A DNA stretch of 64,000 bases from a virus (IMGVR_UViG_3300035698_019747:32001-96000); one strand, 5' to 3'. Shown: positions 52,771-63,904, counted from the first letter of the stretch. Notes: generated by a model not told the origin, from the letters alone. Numbers and translations are program-made.

Positions 52771-55700
52771 TTAATTATTTTCTCCAAATCCTATTATAGA
52801 TGAATTTTGGGGTCTAAACTTAAAATTACTAACTCTACTCAATTTATTATTTGTTCCTAGTTTTTGAACAACTACTTTGCTTCTATTTATAGTGAATTTT
52901 GCTCTAAATATAAATGGTTTATTATCTGCCTCATTTTCTAATAAGAATTTAACCTTCTTAATGTGCCTAATTGTACTAGAAACATTATTCAAATCTATAT
53001 ATTCATAGTCTTTACCTGACCCACTATTTGAATCAAACGCGTTCATCTTAAAGTATATATTTATAGGTATAATTAACTCATCACCACTTTTAAATGTCTT
53101 AACTTTATCAGAATTATTCTCTACTATATTTTCTAAATTCTGAATAGAAGGATGTATACTAGTTAATAATTTAGATGAACTCTTGACAGTTGGGGATACA
53201 TCAACCCACTTTAATGTATCTAGTAATGAGTTATTATTTCCATTAAATTCAAGTATAGTATTCTCATTATAGCCCATATTATATTCTGTTGAAGATAATA
53301 CATCGGTTAATGAATTACTCCCAGAATTAACAAACTCATTACTTATATTTTCAGATAACTTATTCGCATTATTATTAGAACTACCATCAAAGTTAACTGA
53401 CCACAAAAACTGATTATCTAATTGAGTTTTAGTAGAACCACTTGAACTGTTCAATAATAATTCATCTCTGTCATTGACCCAAAATACTTGAGGTGCCTTC
53501 TTACTATATACTTGATTATCGCTTTCATAACTTCTATTACTCACAAGACCCAAAGGGGAAGAATTAGACGCATTATATATCCTAAGATAAAAATCTTTAA
53601 CTGTATAAATGTTATTTCTATAAACTCTACCCGCTATATTACTATCTTCATCATAAGTATCTAAATAATCTTCACACTCAACATTAAATTGTAATTCTGT
53701 ATCATTTTTTACTAAAAACTCTTCATCATCTCTATATAAATATACTTGAAGTACACCTCTTGTTCTATTAATTTGTTCCTCTAAACTTTGCATTCTATTA
53801 GTTAAATATCTTAAATATTCGGTAACAGATTGTTGATTGCCATTAGTATCTGGTAAACCAGACATAACCGAGTCACCATCGTGATAATATGTTTTATTTC
53901 CTACAACTATTTCATCTGCTAAATGCTCATCTACATTACCTAATTCACTCTTTAACTGAACTATAGTATCCTCTTTTAATGCTTGGTTTAATATGAAATC
54001 ATTCTCACCCACAATTGATGATAAATCCTCTGGAAATGCAATAGTTAATGTTTCACTCCAATCACTTGTAAGTGGACTATCTGGATACCCTACCTCAGAA
54101 ATAGATTTAACCCTAATCTGAACACTCTCACCCTTTTGGATAGATATATCTAATTGATTAATGTTTGGTGTATCGCCATCTGCAACATCTTCAATTTGCC
54201 AAACATATACATCTAACTCAGGATCAAATACTCGTTTTCTAACATCACTTAATATAGGTTTCCAATTTGAAAATGAAGCATTTACCAAATCTGTATTATC
54301 AGGTCTCTTTATCTCAAAAGTTTCAATCTTATTCTTATCACCACCCGTAGATAAATATCTATATTCAACCCTAAACTGAATAACCTCTTGGAGTCTACCG
54401 CCACTAACTAGTCTAGGTTCTGGGATAGCCCAATAACCCCTTGCTCTATATTTTGGTTTTATATTATTACTAGTATTAGGACTAGTAGACAATGTTATAA
54501 TTTCATTAGTAGTACTTCTAAGTAATTTAGAAGATGAATCCTTCTTATTCACTAAATCCCTTAACTGATTATCAAACGTCCTTTTTTGTGAATTACTCTT
54601 AAATGTACTTAATCTAGACTCTTTCTTCTTTGATGAAATACTCTCATCTAGCTGAACCATCTCGTTTTTAAGTTCATTCATCTTCTTGTACTTATCTACA
54701 ATTTCTTTTTTATCACTGTTATCAGTTAAATGAGAGTTTACTTGAACAACTTTGAAATTATCAGATATTAATGATACACTATTTGGTACCTGAGCTAATG
54801 ATAAAGGGGTTTTAGTCTTTACTAAATCCTTTATAACTTGCCCATAATCACTTACCCTTTCTATATAAAATTCTGACATGGATTTACCATTATCACTACT
54901 GTTAATACTATTTAAAGTTAAATCATTTGTGAAAAATCCAACACCAGAAGAGAATTGATCACTCATTATATAATTATCGCTATTAATGGCCTTAGCAAAC
55001 ACAACGTTACGCTCATCATACCCAATTGTTAATTTAACAACTTTGTTTGATACAACAGGACTATATACCTTTAGGGTGCCTTCCCCAACTGGTATAACTT
55101 CATTACCCTGTATTCTTTCTAATATTACTCTAGGACTAGAATTTGTAGTAGATACCTCTAGTATCTCATATATAGTTGATGTTTTCTCTCTATTTATAGT
55201 TAATTTATCACCGACCTTTAATGTTCTGGTTTGATTATTTGATGTTAAAACATAATCTAATGAATTGAAATTATACCACAACTTGCTATTTATACTATCT
55301 TCTGTTATTGATAATAAAGAAAAAGTGCCATTATACAAAACCTGATTAGGCTCTAATGCAAATTTCTCTTGATCATAATAAGGAACTGTGTTATTTAAAA
55401 CGCCAGGTGTTGTATTGTGCCATTGAATAAATTCATTTAATAATATATTTACCTTTCCCTTAAATCTAGTATTAAAACTAGCTAATGCAGATATTCCATT
55501 ATTAGTCAATTCCCCCTCACTATTTCTTTCAAAATCAATTATATATCTTCTAACTAAAACATCTCTTACATTATCTTCAATTTTATCTCTTAAATTTAAT
55601 GATACCTTTAAATATGGATTCATTAAACCATCAAAAAAGTGATTCTGCTCACTTTCAAATGTGCTAATCTTATTCAATTCTGATATTTGATTAGGTTGAC

Positions 55701-55986
55701 TGTTTAAATCAACTAAAACTACCTTTCTCCAAATATTCTCTGCGGTCTGTATTAGAGCACCATTTTCATTTATTGAATATAATGAATTGACATTATTATT
55801 CAAACGTTGTATCTCACTCTGTAAGAAAGACCATGATGGTACATCATACACTGTATCGTTAGCAGTAATGCTAACACTACTCTGACCAGATACCATAATA
55901 GTATTTAACTCTGATAACAGATTTAATACATTTACGTTGTAATTTACAATCTGTTCATAAACTTTAGAGAAGGAATTCTTTGTCAT
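52771..55986 (-). CDS. Large putative virion structural protein
   Basis: 1071 aa; central coiled coil; FN3-like VQIRVKSISEVGYP...SDWS. Confidence 0.6.
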   Translation of the reverse strand: MTKNSFSKVYEQIVNYNVNVLNLLSELNTIMVSGQSSVSITANDTVYDVPSWSFLQSEIQRLNNNVNSLYSINENGALIQTAENIWRKVVLVDLNSQPNQISELNKISTFESEQNHFFDGLMNPYLKVSLNLRDKIEDNVRDVLVRRYIIDFERNSEGELTNNGISALASFNTRFKGKVNILLNEFIQWHNTTPGVLNNTVPYYDQEKFALEPNQVLYNGTFSLLSITEDSINSKLWYNFNSLDYVLTSNNQTRTLKVGDKLTINREKTSTIYEILEVSTTNSSPRVILERIQGNEVIPVGEGTLKVYSPVVSNKVVKLTIGYDERNVVFAKAINSDNYIMSDQFSSGVGFFTNDLTLNSINSSDNGKSMSEFYIERVSDYGQVIKDLVKTKTPLSLAQVPNSVSLISDNFKVVQVNSHLTDNSDKKEIVDKYKKMNELKNEMVQLDESISSKKKESRLSTFKSNSQKRTFDNQLRDLVNKKDSSSKLLRSTTNEIITLSTSPNTSNNIKPKYRARGYWAIPEPRLVSGGRLQEVIQFRVEYRYLSTGGDKNKIETFEIKRPDNTDLVNASFSNWKPILSDVRKRVFDPELDVYVWQIEDVADGDTPNINQLDISIQKGESVQIRVKSISEVGYPDSPLTSDWSETLTIAFPEDLSSIVGENDFILNQALKEDTIVQLKSELGNVDEHLADEIVVGNKTYYHDGDSVMSGLPDTNGNQQSVTEYLRYLTNRMQSLEEQINRTRGVLQVYLYRDDEEFLVKNDTELQFNVECEDYLDTYDEDSNIAGRVYRNNIYTVKDFYLRIYNASNSSPLGLVSNRSYESDNQVYSKKAPQVFWVNDRDELLLNSSSGSTKTQLDNQFLWSVNFDGSSNNNANKLSENISNEFVNSGSNSLTDVLSSTEYNMGYNENTILEFNGNNNSLLDTLKWVDVSPTVKSSSKLLTSIHPSIQNLENIVENNSDKVKTFKSGDELIIPINIYFKMNAFDSNSGSGKDYEYIDLNNVSSTIRHIKKVKFLLENEADNKPFIFRAKFTINRSKVVVQKLGTNNKLSRVSNFKFRPQNSSIIGFGENN

Positions 55987-56053
55987 ATCAAAAACTTTTT
56001 TTATTATTGTATATATAAAAGGAAAGTCATTTTCTATTAACTAATTCAAACAA

Positions 56054-56602
56054 ATGGATAAAAATAAAATATTAGATAAGTTATTTGACCTAATTACCTA
56101 TATGAGAGAAGAATACAACTTATATAGATTCAATGAAAATTTACTTTTAAGTAAATATTTACCCATTAACCTTCATGACTTAGGAGAAGATTATATCATA
56201 ACAGGATCATTTGCACTGCACTTATATGGAATTTTACCAGATAAAAGAGTAATAGGTGATATAGATCTTCTGTGTTTGGATAATCCTGATAATTTTATGT
56301 ATTATAATCCACTAAAATATCAAAACCTTGAAATTATAGAAGAAGATGATGAATATATACAGAAACAATGTAAAGTTAAATTAGATGGTCAAATATTTGA
56401 TATTTTAAGAACAGAAGGTGAAGAATATAATGTTTTTATTATTAAAAAAGATGATAAAAAATATGCTATTAAAGTAGCTAAACCATATAATATAATTAAG
56501 TGTAAATTGCATTTTTTTAGAGATAAAGACAAAGAAGATATAGAAAAAATAATAGAAAAAGTTTATGAGAAATATGAAGAGTTACGACACCTCAAAAAAT
56601 AA
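56054..56602 (+). CDS. Pol-beta-like nucleotidyltransferase
   Basis: IITGSFAL...DIDL (GS...DxD); C-terminal RDKDKED. Confidence 0.7.
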   Translation: MDKNKILDKLFDLITYMREEYNLYRFNENLLLSKYLPINLHDLGEDYIITGSFALHLYGILPDKRVIGDIDLLCLDNPDNFMYYNPLKYQNLEIIEEDDEYIQKQCKVKLDGQIFDILRTEGEEYNVFIIKKDDKKYAIKVAKPYNIIKCKLHFFRDKDKEDIEKIIEKVYEKYEELRHLKK

Positions 56603-56975
56603 ATCAATATTTGATAAAAATAAATGTTTATTTATAGTAAATGTCACATTTGATCAAAATACAAGCAGACGAAGATCAGATGAAACTTTAGCTAATATGA
56701 ACGCTTATTTTAATGATGGACACGATAATAAAGATGCTATATTCATAATAACATCATCAACAGGGGAATATAATAAAACAGATATAAAATTATTGTACTC
56801 ACCATTTAAAAACTATGCAATTGACTTAGAAAGTAGCCTAGAGAAAACCCTTGGTGAAATAATAGATGTGACTAATCATAAAATTGATAGTTTACCGATG
56901 AGTGTTGATGCAAAACAAGAACTAAGGGCTGCTATAAGGCAAGTTAATATTGAATCTATACTTAATCAAGGTTAA
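56565..56975 (+). CDS. Hypothetical protein
   Basis: ORF track; C-terminal RQVNIESIL. Confidence 0.6.
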   Translation: MRNMKSYDTSKNKSIFDKNKCLFIVNVTFDQNTSRRRSDETLANMNAYFNDGHDNKDAIFIITSSTGEYNKTDIKLLYSPFKNYAIDLESSLEKTLGEIIDVTNHKIDSLPMSVDAKQELRAAIRQVNIESILNQG

Positions 56976-57603
56976 TATCATCTATATTACCAGACTTGAA
57001 ATTTCTCTGCTTAATCACAGGTATCTCACCTGGTGTTAACTGTAATACCTTATCTGAATTTAATTCAAAGTCAATGTCCATAAAGTTATAATTGAAGGTC
57101 AACGTAAAAGTACTTTCCTCAAATGATTGTTGGTTATATGCGAATATAATTTCTGATAAATTGGTTAATATAATTTCCTTAAAACTTATTGTATAAATTG
57201 CGTCCCTATGAATATCTAATGCAATTATTTGAAATGGACTTCCAAATATTTCTTTTACATCCAAATATGTATTTGTAAATATATCATATAATAATAAGTA
57301 ATTTAAACTACTATCAACATTTCTAAATTGTACAGTTAATTCACGAGTACTGGCTATATCATTGATGTTAGTTACAGGCTTATAATTACGCTGTTTACCA
57401 CGCATCAATGTTTGAGTAGGTGTTTGAAGTGAAAGACCAGGAAATGATATTTCCTTTATTGTTGAATTTATATAATCTAATATATTTTCATATTGTACCC
57501 AATTCTTTTCTAATAATGGTGTATATCTATCTATTATGGACTCTGGAACAATATCTTGTGGTAAGTTAAATACAAACTGTGATCCTTGTGAATTAATTCT
57601 CAT
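56962..57603 (-). CDS. Tail tube / tube-terminator-like protein (T4 gp19/gp3 fold)
   Basis: IKEISFPGLSL, LTVQF..D..LNY, F....LTNLSEI.F, FTLTFNYN. Confidence 0.55.
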   Translation of the reverse strand: MRINSQGSQFVFNLPQDIVPESIIDRYTPLLEKNWVQYENILDYINSTIKEISFPGLSLQTPTQTLMRGKQRNYKPVTNINDIASTRELTVQFRNVDSSLNYLLLYDIFTNTYLDVKEIFGSPFQIIALDIHRDAIYTISFKEIILTNLSEIIFAYNQQSFEESTFTLTFNYNFMDIDFELNSDKVLQLTPGEIPVIKQRNFKSGNIDDINLD

Positions 57604-57643
57604 AGAGTTTTTTTAATATATATTATATATAAGAAGTGCTTAA

Positions 57644-58783
57644 ATGAAACCCACCCATATGAAATACAAACTGAAATACTATAATCAATTTATTAACGAA
57701 TCTAAAATTTCTAAAACACTATATCATGGGTCACCATATATATTTAGTGAATTTAAAAAAGGGCACACATTTTTCTCAGATACACCAAGGTTTGCAGTTG
57801 AATATTCAGAAACTAAGAGTCAAGATTATCAAATGGATAGAGAGTCTAATTTATACAAAGTTAGTGTTATTGGTAATATATTTGATATTAATGATGAAAT
57901 ATGCGAGAACGATATTAGAAAAATATTACCAAATGAAATATCTTATATTTATAATGATTTTGGTTTTGATGCTTCTCTACCTATCGATGAATTTATATTA
58001 AATATGAAAGGGTTTTTTACAAATGAACCAGTTGAAAATATAAATAATTATAAAGTAGGTGGATATTATGTAACAAATGATAACAGTAAATATTTATTTA
58101 TCAAAAAGGATAAAGACTATATTTATGGTATACTATATTCAAGTATTGAGCGAGAAATAGATGTCTATTATATGATGGATAATTATAGTGAAATATATAA
58201 AGATATAAAAAATTTCACTAAAGAATGGGGTAAAAAGCTACAAGAACCAACACATGGTGGTCACTTAAAAGCTCTTGCAACAGTACTATTTAAAAATAAA
58301 GAAATGTTTGGGATTGCTAAACCTAATGAAGAAGATCACGAAAAATTCATTGCTCTCAGAAATGATATTAGAACTCAATTAATAGATAATAATAAATATA
58401 TTAAAAAGTTTTTATTGACCACTAAAGTAGATACACTCATTGATACATGGAGATTTTATGAGAATAAAACAATTTTAGAAGCAATTATTAAACTTGGTTA
58501 TGAAGGATATGTTGCTAAAGAAGAAAATGAAAATACTTATAATATCTTTGATCCTAGTCAAAGTGTTAAAATATTAAAATATGAATTCCCATATGGTAGG
58601 GAGTTCAATGATATTAATGACTACCGAGCATTTGATGTTTATTCTTCAAATATTTATAAAGAAATGAAAAAGTTGAATATTAGTACGATTTTATATAATA
58701 GTTATGATATTTATAGTTATTATAAAGAACAACTAGACATTAAAGATGCTATCAAAAATATAATAAAGAAGTCAGAAGATTAA
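57644..58783 (+). CDS. ADP-ribosyltransferase-like protein with capsid-targeting-like N-terminus
   Basis: YNQFINES; LYHGS..FSEF....FFSD...A.EY; later LGYEGY...YNIFDP. Confidence 0.6.
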   Translation: MKPTHMKYKLKYYNQFINESKISKTLYHGSPYIFSEFKKGHTFFSDTPRFAVEYSETKSQDYQMDRESNLYKVSVIGNIFDINDEICENDIRKILPNEISYIYNDFGFDASLPIDEFILNMKGFFTNEPVENINNYKVGGYYVTNDNSKYLFIKKDKDYIYGILYSSIEREIDVYYMMDNYSEIYKDIKNFTKEWGKKLQEPTHGGHLKALATVLFKNKEMFGIAKPNEEDHEKFIALRNDIRTQLIDNNKYIKKFLLTTKVDTLIDTWRFYENKTILEAIIKLGYEGYVAKEENENTYNIFDPSQSVKILKYEFPYGREFNDINDYRAFDVYSSNIYKEMKKLNISTILYNSYDIYSYYKEQLDIKDAIKNIIKKSED

Positions 58784-60702
58784 AAATTTCTAAATATTGA
58801 ATTATTTAAGAAAGGGTCATTAATCAAAGAAAATGTAGTTGAACTATCACTTATAATATTCACATCACTTATAGTTTGAGTACTAACAGTAGTAGTTACA
58901 TTAACATTAGTGTTTTCATCAGCTCTTCTTCTAGTAACAATGGCTAACTCTCTATTACTATCTCTTCGTATCTCAACATCACTATTTTCTCTTTGGAAAT
59001 CCCTACCTAATTCATTTACATACTCTATACTATCACTCATAATAAATGTGCCCCCATATATAACTGAAGTCTCATTGGTTGACTCATTGGTTGAAGTAAT
59101 ATAAAATACATTAACCCCACTCTGGTATATTCTTCGAACACTATTTACATTCTCTTTTTTTAATTTAAATACAACTGTTCCATTAGTCAAGTCGTTTTCT
59201 TCACTACTTCTATATAAATCAGTACTTATTTCAGAATCGAAATTCTTGAACTTTAAACTTATCGTACCTAAATCAACCAAATTAAAATAACTTACTTTAG
59301 TTTCTACATTTTTAGCAATAGTGAATTTTATAATGTTATCAAATGGATTAATAATTAACTTTAACTTACCACTACCTTTCCATTCTCTACTATCTAATAA
59401 TGATGACTCACTTTTAACGACTACATTATTAGTACTTACTAAAACTGGCGTTGGTACCTTAACCACCTCAAAATTATTACTACTATTACTATCCCCTAAC
59501 TGATTATTAAGTTCAGCATAGTTTCTTTTATTAAGACCCTTTATAGCATCACTCAAACTAGCACCGCTTCTTAAATTATATATCTTAGCACTTTTTACAT
59601 TCTTTGTATTGATACGCACAAGGCTTCTAGAGTACTTATTAATTTCTTTGGGTAAAATACCATATGATGCTGTTCTAAGTATCACAGAACCGTCTACTTG
59701 GTCTATTATACGCATAGACACATCTATTACAGCAGTAGTAGAACTATATTTTATAATTGGTCTATATTCTAATTTTTCATTGAAATCATCATATACTGAA
59801 ATATTAATTGTTTTCCCCTTAATATTTTCCTCAAATAAAGTTATTGAATATTCAGCAAAATACCTCTTACCCATACTAACTGAATTAGTTATAAAACTAT
59901 TGAATTCCGAAATATTACCATTATAAATTCCATATATATCAAACCAATCCCCCTCGGCACTTGGCTCAACTTTAATACCCATACTTTGGTAATCAGGAGT
60001 TTGTGGAAATGATGTTTGTAATGGACTTGATAAAATATAAGTAGTTATGTCATTTAATATAGTTTTTTTAGCAATAAATCCAAACTCAACCATAACAGGG
60101 GACACCCTAGATAAACCGATATTAGATGTTAAATTATAATTTATAGTATTTGGTGAAACTATATTGTTTAATATCTGATTAGAAACCGCGTTAATAGATG
60201 GGAATGAAACTTCAATAAATTTACCCCATGTACTTCCATTTATACTTTGTGGTGGAGAAGAAATCTCTAATTCTCTATTAAACCTATTCTGATCTTGTTT
60301 ATCAAAGAAAAATTGTGATAAAGAAATTAACTTATCTTCATTACTATCAAGTGCAAGAACCTTTAAATAACAACCACCATATTCTGAGAAATTATAGTTA
60401 ACTGGAAAGTGTAATTTAATCCTATCATGTTTGATTGGTAGGTTTTGACTATATTCCTTGTCTTGTAAGAAATTATATATTGTACTATCTTTTACACCAA
60501 CACTATTTCTTATTGGATCAATGGTCACATATTGGTTAGAATACTTATTAGTTATATCAATAGTATTTTTAACTGAATAACTTTGAGTCAAATCGGTTAA
60601 GTTCTTACTGACAATATAGCTATCACCCCTTAGATAATTATCATCGTAAATGTACTCCATTAGTACATTTGAGTCAAGTTGTATAAATTTAGAATTTCTC
60701 AT
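58780..60702 (-). CDS. Putative virion structural protein
   Basis: Long ORF; start moved to ATG 60702 (MRNSKFIQLD). Confidence 0.6.
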   Translation of the reverse strand: MRNSKFIQLDSNVLMEYIYDDNYLRGDSYIVSKNLTDLTQSYSVKNTIDITNKYSNQYVTIDPIRNSVGVKDSTIYNFLQDKEYSQNLPIKHDRIKLHFPVNYNFSEYGGCYLKVLALDSNEDKLISLSQFFFDKQDQNRFNRELEISSPPQSINGSTWGKFIEVSFPSINAVSNQILNNIVSPNTINYNLTSNIGLSRVSPVMVEFGFIAKKTILNDITTYILSSPLQTSFPQTPDYQSMGIKVEPSAEGDWFDIYGIYNGNISEFNSFITNSVSMGKRYFAEYSITLFEENIKGKTINISVYDDFNEKLEYRPIIKYSSTTAVIDVSMRIIDQVDGSVILRTASYGILPKEINKYSRSLVRINTKNVKSAKIYNLRSGASLSDAIKGLNKRNYAELNNQLGDSNSSNNFEVVKVPTPVLVSTNNVVVKSESSLLDSREWKGSGKLKLIINPFDNIIKFTIAKNVETKVSYFNLVDLGTISLKFKNFDSEISTDLYRSSEENDLTNGTVVFKLKKENVNSVRRIYQSGVNVFYITSTNESTNETSVIYGGTFIMSDSIEYVNELGRDFQRENSDVEIRRDSNRELAIVTRRRADENTNVNVTTTVSTQTISDVNIISDSSTTFSLINDPFLNNSIFRNF

Positions 60703-60771
60703 ATCATATATATTTAATATTAAATTTTCATATCTAATATTAATTACATATCTTTGACAAAATGTTATGAT

Positions 60772-61170
60772 ATGATGACCGATAAACAACTAGGTATTGA
60801 TATTTTGGATAAACCAGAAAAATATGAGGGTATAAAGCTTTTTCTTATTGCTGAGAAATCTGAAAGTTTTTTACTAGATAGAGGTTTTACTATAATTGAC
60901 TTTGAACACTATGATACTTATGTAAATAGACAAATAAACATTGATAAAGCATTAGGCAAAGAATCAGTTGTTAAAGATGATAGCAAAATCATATTAAAGA
61001 TTGTGGATTATACACTTAATCTTAAATATATTAGAGAGAATTATCCTAATCAAACTTTTATAGCCACATCATTTATCAGTGATATGACTTATATTTCAGA
61101 TTATGTATTTGGATGTACATGCTCACCCATAAGTAATATTTATGAATTAAAAAATAGAAAAAATGCTTGA
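60772..61170 (+). CDS. Hypothetical protein
   Basis: Start at ATG 60772 after TATCTTTG box (60749-60756); internal RQINIDKAL. Confidence 0.6.
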   Translation: MMTDKQLGIDILDKPEKYEGIKLFLIAEKSESFLLDRGFTIIDFEHYDTYVNRQINIDKALGKESVVKDDSKIILKIVDYTLNLKYIRENYPNQTFIATSFISDMTYISDYVFGCTCSPISNIYELKNRKNA

Positions 61171-61939
61171 GATTAACACGTATGCCGACCTTAAAAAAGG
61201 TGCAGAAGAATGGAATCCTATTATGACAATTGTTACTAATATTGACACTTGTTGCGATAATATTAATTTTCCACATGAAGATTATCCAGAATATGTCCCT
61301 ACTACTAAAGATGCCATTGAATTCACATTAGAAATTCTAAATGAAAATGGGAAGTTAGTAGAAAGGGATATTAAGGAAATTCATAAAATCGCAATGAAAG
61401 GTAAACCCTATATTAGATTGGGGGATTGGCGAGATATATTAGTGACAGTTTCTGATGAATTAAGACCACCTAAACCATTTCTTATTGCATCAATGATGAT
61501 GTCTATCTTACCTATTGAACCCAATATTAATAGAGATGAATTGTTTAGTTGGTATAAAACATTTGAAACTATTCACCCATTTGTAGATGGTAATGGTAGA
61601 GTTGGTGGTATTATACTAGCTGCTATGAGTAAATTTATGTTTGATGATTATATGGTGAATACCAAGATATATCATTATACTTTGGATAATATTATAAAAA
61701 GGTTAGTAAATAAAAATGATAGCCTTTTGAGTAACCCAAAATATTTTGACCAAGAAATATCTTTAGATGAAAAGCGTTTACTATTTTTGGATAAAAAATG
61801 CCATGATACCAGTAAGATTAAAAATATACTTAAAACTGAAAATTTATTAGACATTTTCAACCAATTAATGAGCAAACGTGATATAAATTCAATTATTAAA
61901 ATGTTTAAAGCTATCAATGATGGAAAAAATTACCAATGA
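61163..61939 (+). CDS. Fic/Doc domain protein
   Basis: FETIHPFVDGNGRVGG (HPFxDGNGR). Confidence 0.9.
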   Translation: MLEINTYADLKKGAEEWNPIMTIVTNIDTCCDNINFPHEDYPEYVPTTKDAIEFTLEILNENGKLVERDIKEIHKIAMKGKPYIRLGDWRDILVTVSDELRPPKPFLIASMMMSILPIEPNINRDELFSWYKTFETIHPFVDGNGRVGGIILAAMSKFMFDDYMVNTKIYHYTLDNIIKRLVNKNDSLLSNPKYFDQEISLDEKRLLFLDKKCHDTSKIKNILKTENLLDIFNQLMSKRDINSIIKMFKAINDGKNYQ

Positions 61940-62144
61940 GTTACAAAAGATTAGGGTGCGGAAGTTATTATTACTCCCACCCCTCTCTCTTATAGTATTA
62001 TGTGCTATAAATATACTAATGAATTATTATATAGGAATTCCAATATTTTTTTCTATATTTGTGTTCTTATTTAGTACAATATATTTTATACTCTCAGTTA
62101 TGTTAGTATTATATAGTGATTTCAAAACAAACATTAAAAATTAA
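61917..62144 (+). CDS. Small two-TM membrane protein
   Basis: Two hydrophobic stretches. Confidence 0.6.
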   Translation: MMEKITNELQKIRVRKLLLLPPLSLIVLCAINILMNYYIGIPIFFSIFVFLFSTIYFILSVMLVLYSDFKTNIKN

Positions 62145-62483
62145 ATGATAATGATAGACTTTACAGAAGTAAGTGCGGTGAAAAAGAATAAATCAGCCAA
62201 AACAATTAGTAATTTTATAAACCCATCAGAGAATGTTTCGGTTATAGTTAATTTTGATGAGAATAACTGGGTATGTATTCTTAATTTCCAAGAACAATTG
62301 AATAAAATATTCAACGATCATAACCCCCACATAGACAGTAAGATGTCATTGGAAGAATTGAAGGATTTAGTAAACTATACTGATTCTATGATATTAAGTG
62401 AAGACTCTTCTAAAATAAAATATATTGAGTTAACAGAAGAACAAGAAAATAAAGAGTATATTAAATATAAATTAATTAATTAA
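62145..62483 (+). CDS. Hypothetical protein, paralog A
   Basis: Shares LEELK.LVN.TDSMILSED.SKIKYI with the next gene. Confidence 0.75.
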   Translation: MIMIDFTEVSAVKKNKSAKTISNFINPSENVSVIVNFDENNWVCILNFQEQLNKIFNDHNPHIDSKMSLEELKDLVNYTDSMILSEDSSKIKYIELTEEQENKEYIKYKLIN

Positions 62484-62485
62484 TT

Positions 62486-62836
62486 ATGGCATCACAGTTA
62501 AATATAAGCCCACAGGATAAAAATACAACAGCTAGAGCATTTAATGATCTTATAAACCCAAATAAAGCAGAATTCCTAAAGGGTAGAGGGATTATAATCA
62601 ATTTAGATGAAGAAGGATGGGCATGCTGCAACAACTTTTTACATGAATTGAATAAAGTTTTCCAAGGGGAAAATATTGATGTAGATCCTGATCTTGGAAT
62701 AGATTTAGAAGAATTAAAGGGTTTAGTAAACCATACTGATTCTATGATATTAAGTGAAGATTTTTCTAAAATTAAATATATCCAGTTAACTCAAAGACAA
62801 AAGTATAATGAGTTCTATAAATATAGAAATATGTAG
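62486..62836 (+). CDS. Hypothetical protein, paralog B
   Basis: Tandem duplicate; DNA-level similarity 62352-62434 vs 62708-62790. Confidence 0.75.
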   Translation: MASQLNISPQDKNTTARAFNDLINPNKAEFLKGRGIIINLDEEGWACCNNFLHELNKVFQGENIDVDPDLGIDLEELKGLVNHTDSMILSEDFSKIKYIQLTQRQKYNEFYKYRNM

Positions 62837-62947
62837 CCATCAATATTAAATATTATTATATATTTAGTATATATCATGATGTTGCACCTTTTTTATGTAT
62901 TTGAAAAAATTAATATATAATATATTTAAAAAATAACTTATTTTAAA

Positions 62948-63373
62948 ATGGCTATAATTAAAAAAGTGAAAGATTTCTTTAAAAAAGATACACCTAAGGA
63001 TATGTCAAATAAACATATCACTAAAATGGATAACAATTCTGTAAATGATCAAGCAATGCCTGTTGAGAACTTCAGTGGGGTTTTAGAATATATCACTGCT
63101 GATATACATAGAATCATTAGGTTAACTTCTTACTTGAAAAATGAACTCACTGATATTTTTGGAAAACATAATGCAAGGTATAGAGGTGAATTTTTCTATT
63201 ACGTTTGGAATTTGGAATTTGATGGAGATACTTTTTGTATATTCACCGCAAATGGGAAAGGTACTACTTTTAATATTCACGCAAACCGTGAGGAAAATAA
63301 ATCAGAAAAATGTATAAACTTCCTACGTAAAATGGATGAATTATTAATAACAATAAATAAAGATGAAAAATAA
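62948..63373 (+). CDS. Hypothetical protein
   Basis: ORF track. Confidence 0.7.
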   Translation: MAIIKKVKDFFKKDTPKDMSNKHITKMDNNSVNDQAMPVENFSGVLEYITADIHRIIRLTSYLKNELTDIFGKHNARYRGEFFYYVWNLEFDGDTFCIFTANGKGTTFNIHANREENKSEKCINFLRKMDELLITINKDEK

Positions 63374-63902
63374 TAAAAATACAAGCAGGTTTCTTAGCTT
63401 AGTGCTCAGACATAAACCAGAAGCTCTAGGAATCGTTTTAGATAGTAAGGGATATACTGATACCAAAATATTAATTGATGCTCTTAAAGAAGATGGTTTT
63501 GATATTGACATAGATATCTTAAAGGACATAGTTGAAACAAATGATAAACAACGTTTTAAATTTAATGAAGATTTTTCAAAGATAAGAGCAAGCCAAGGAC
63601 ATTCTGTCATTAAATTAGATTTTGTTAGAAAATTACCACCTGATATTTTATACCATGGGACAGCAAAAACTAATATGAAATCTATTATGAAATCTGGAAT
63701 ATCTAAACAGAGAAGACATCACGTACATTTATCTACCAATAAAGATACTGCACTTGATGTTGGTGGACGTTACGGTAGACCCATTGTATTAGAAATTGAT
63801 GCTAAAAAAATGAATGCAGATAATATTGAATTTTATTTATCTGATAATAACGTGTGGTTGACAGAGTATGTAGATAGTAAATATATTATAAATAATAAAT
63901 AA
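63363..63902 (+). CDS. kptA: RNA 2'-phosphotransferase (Tpt1/KptA)
   Basis: SRFLSLVLRHKP, DKQRF, IRASQGHS, LYHGT, RHHVHLS, NNVWLT. Confidence 0.95.
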   Translation: MKNNKNTSRFLSLVLRHKPEALGIVLDSKGYTDTKILIDALKEDGFDIDIDILKDIVETNDKQRFKFNEDFSKIRASQGHSVIKLDFVRKLPPDILYHGTAKTNMKSIMKSGISKQRRHHVHLSTNKDTALDVGGRYGRPIVLEIDAKKMNADNIEFYLSDNNVWLTEYVDSKYIINNK

Positions 63903-63904
63903 AT

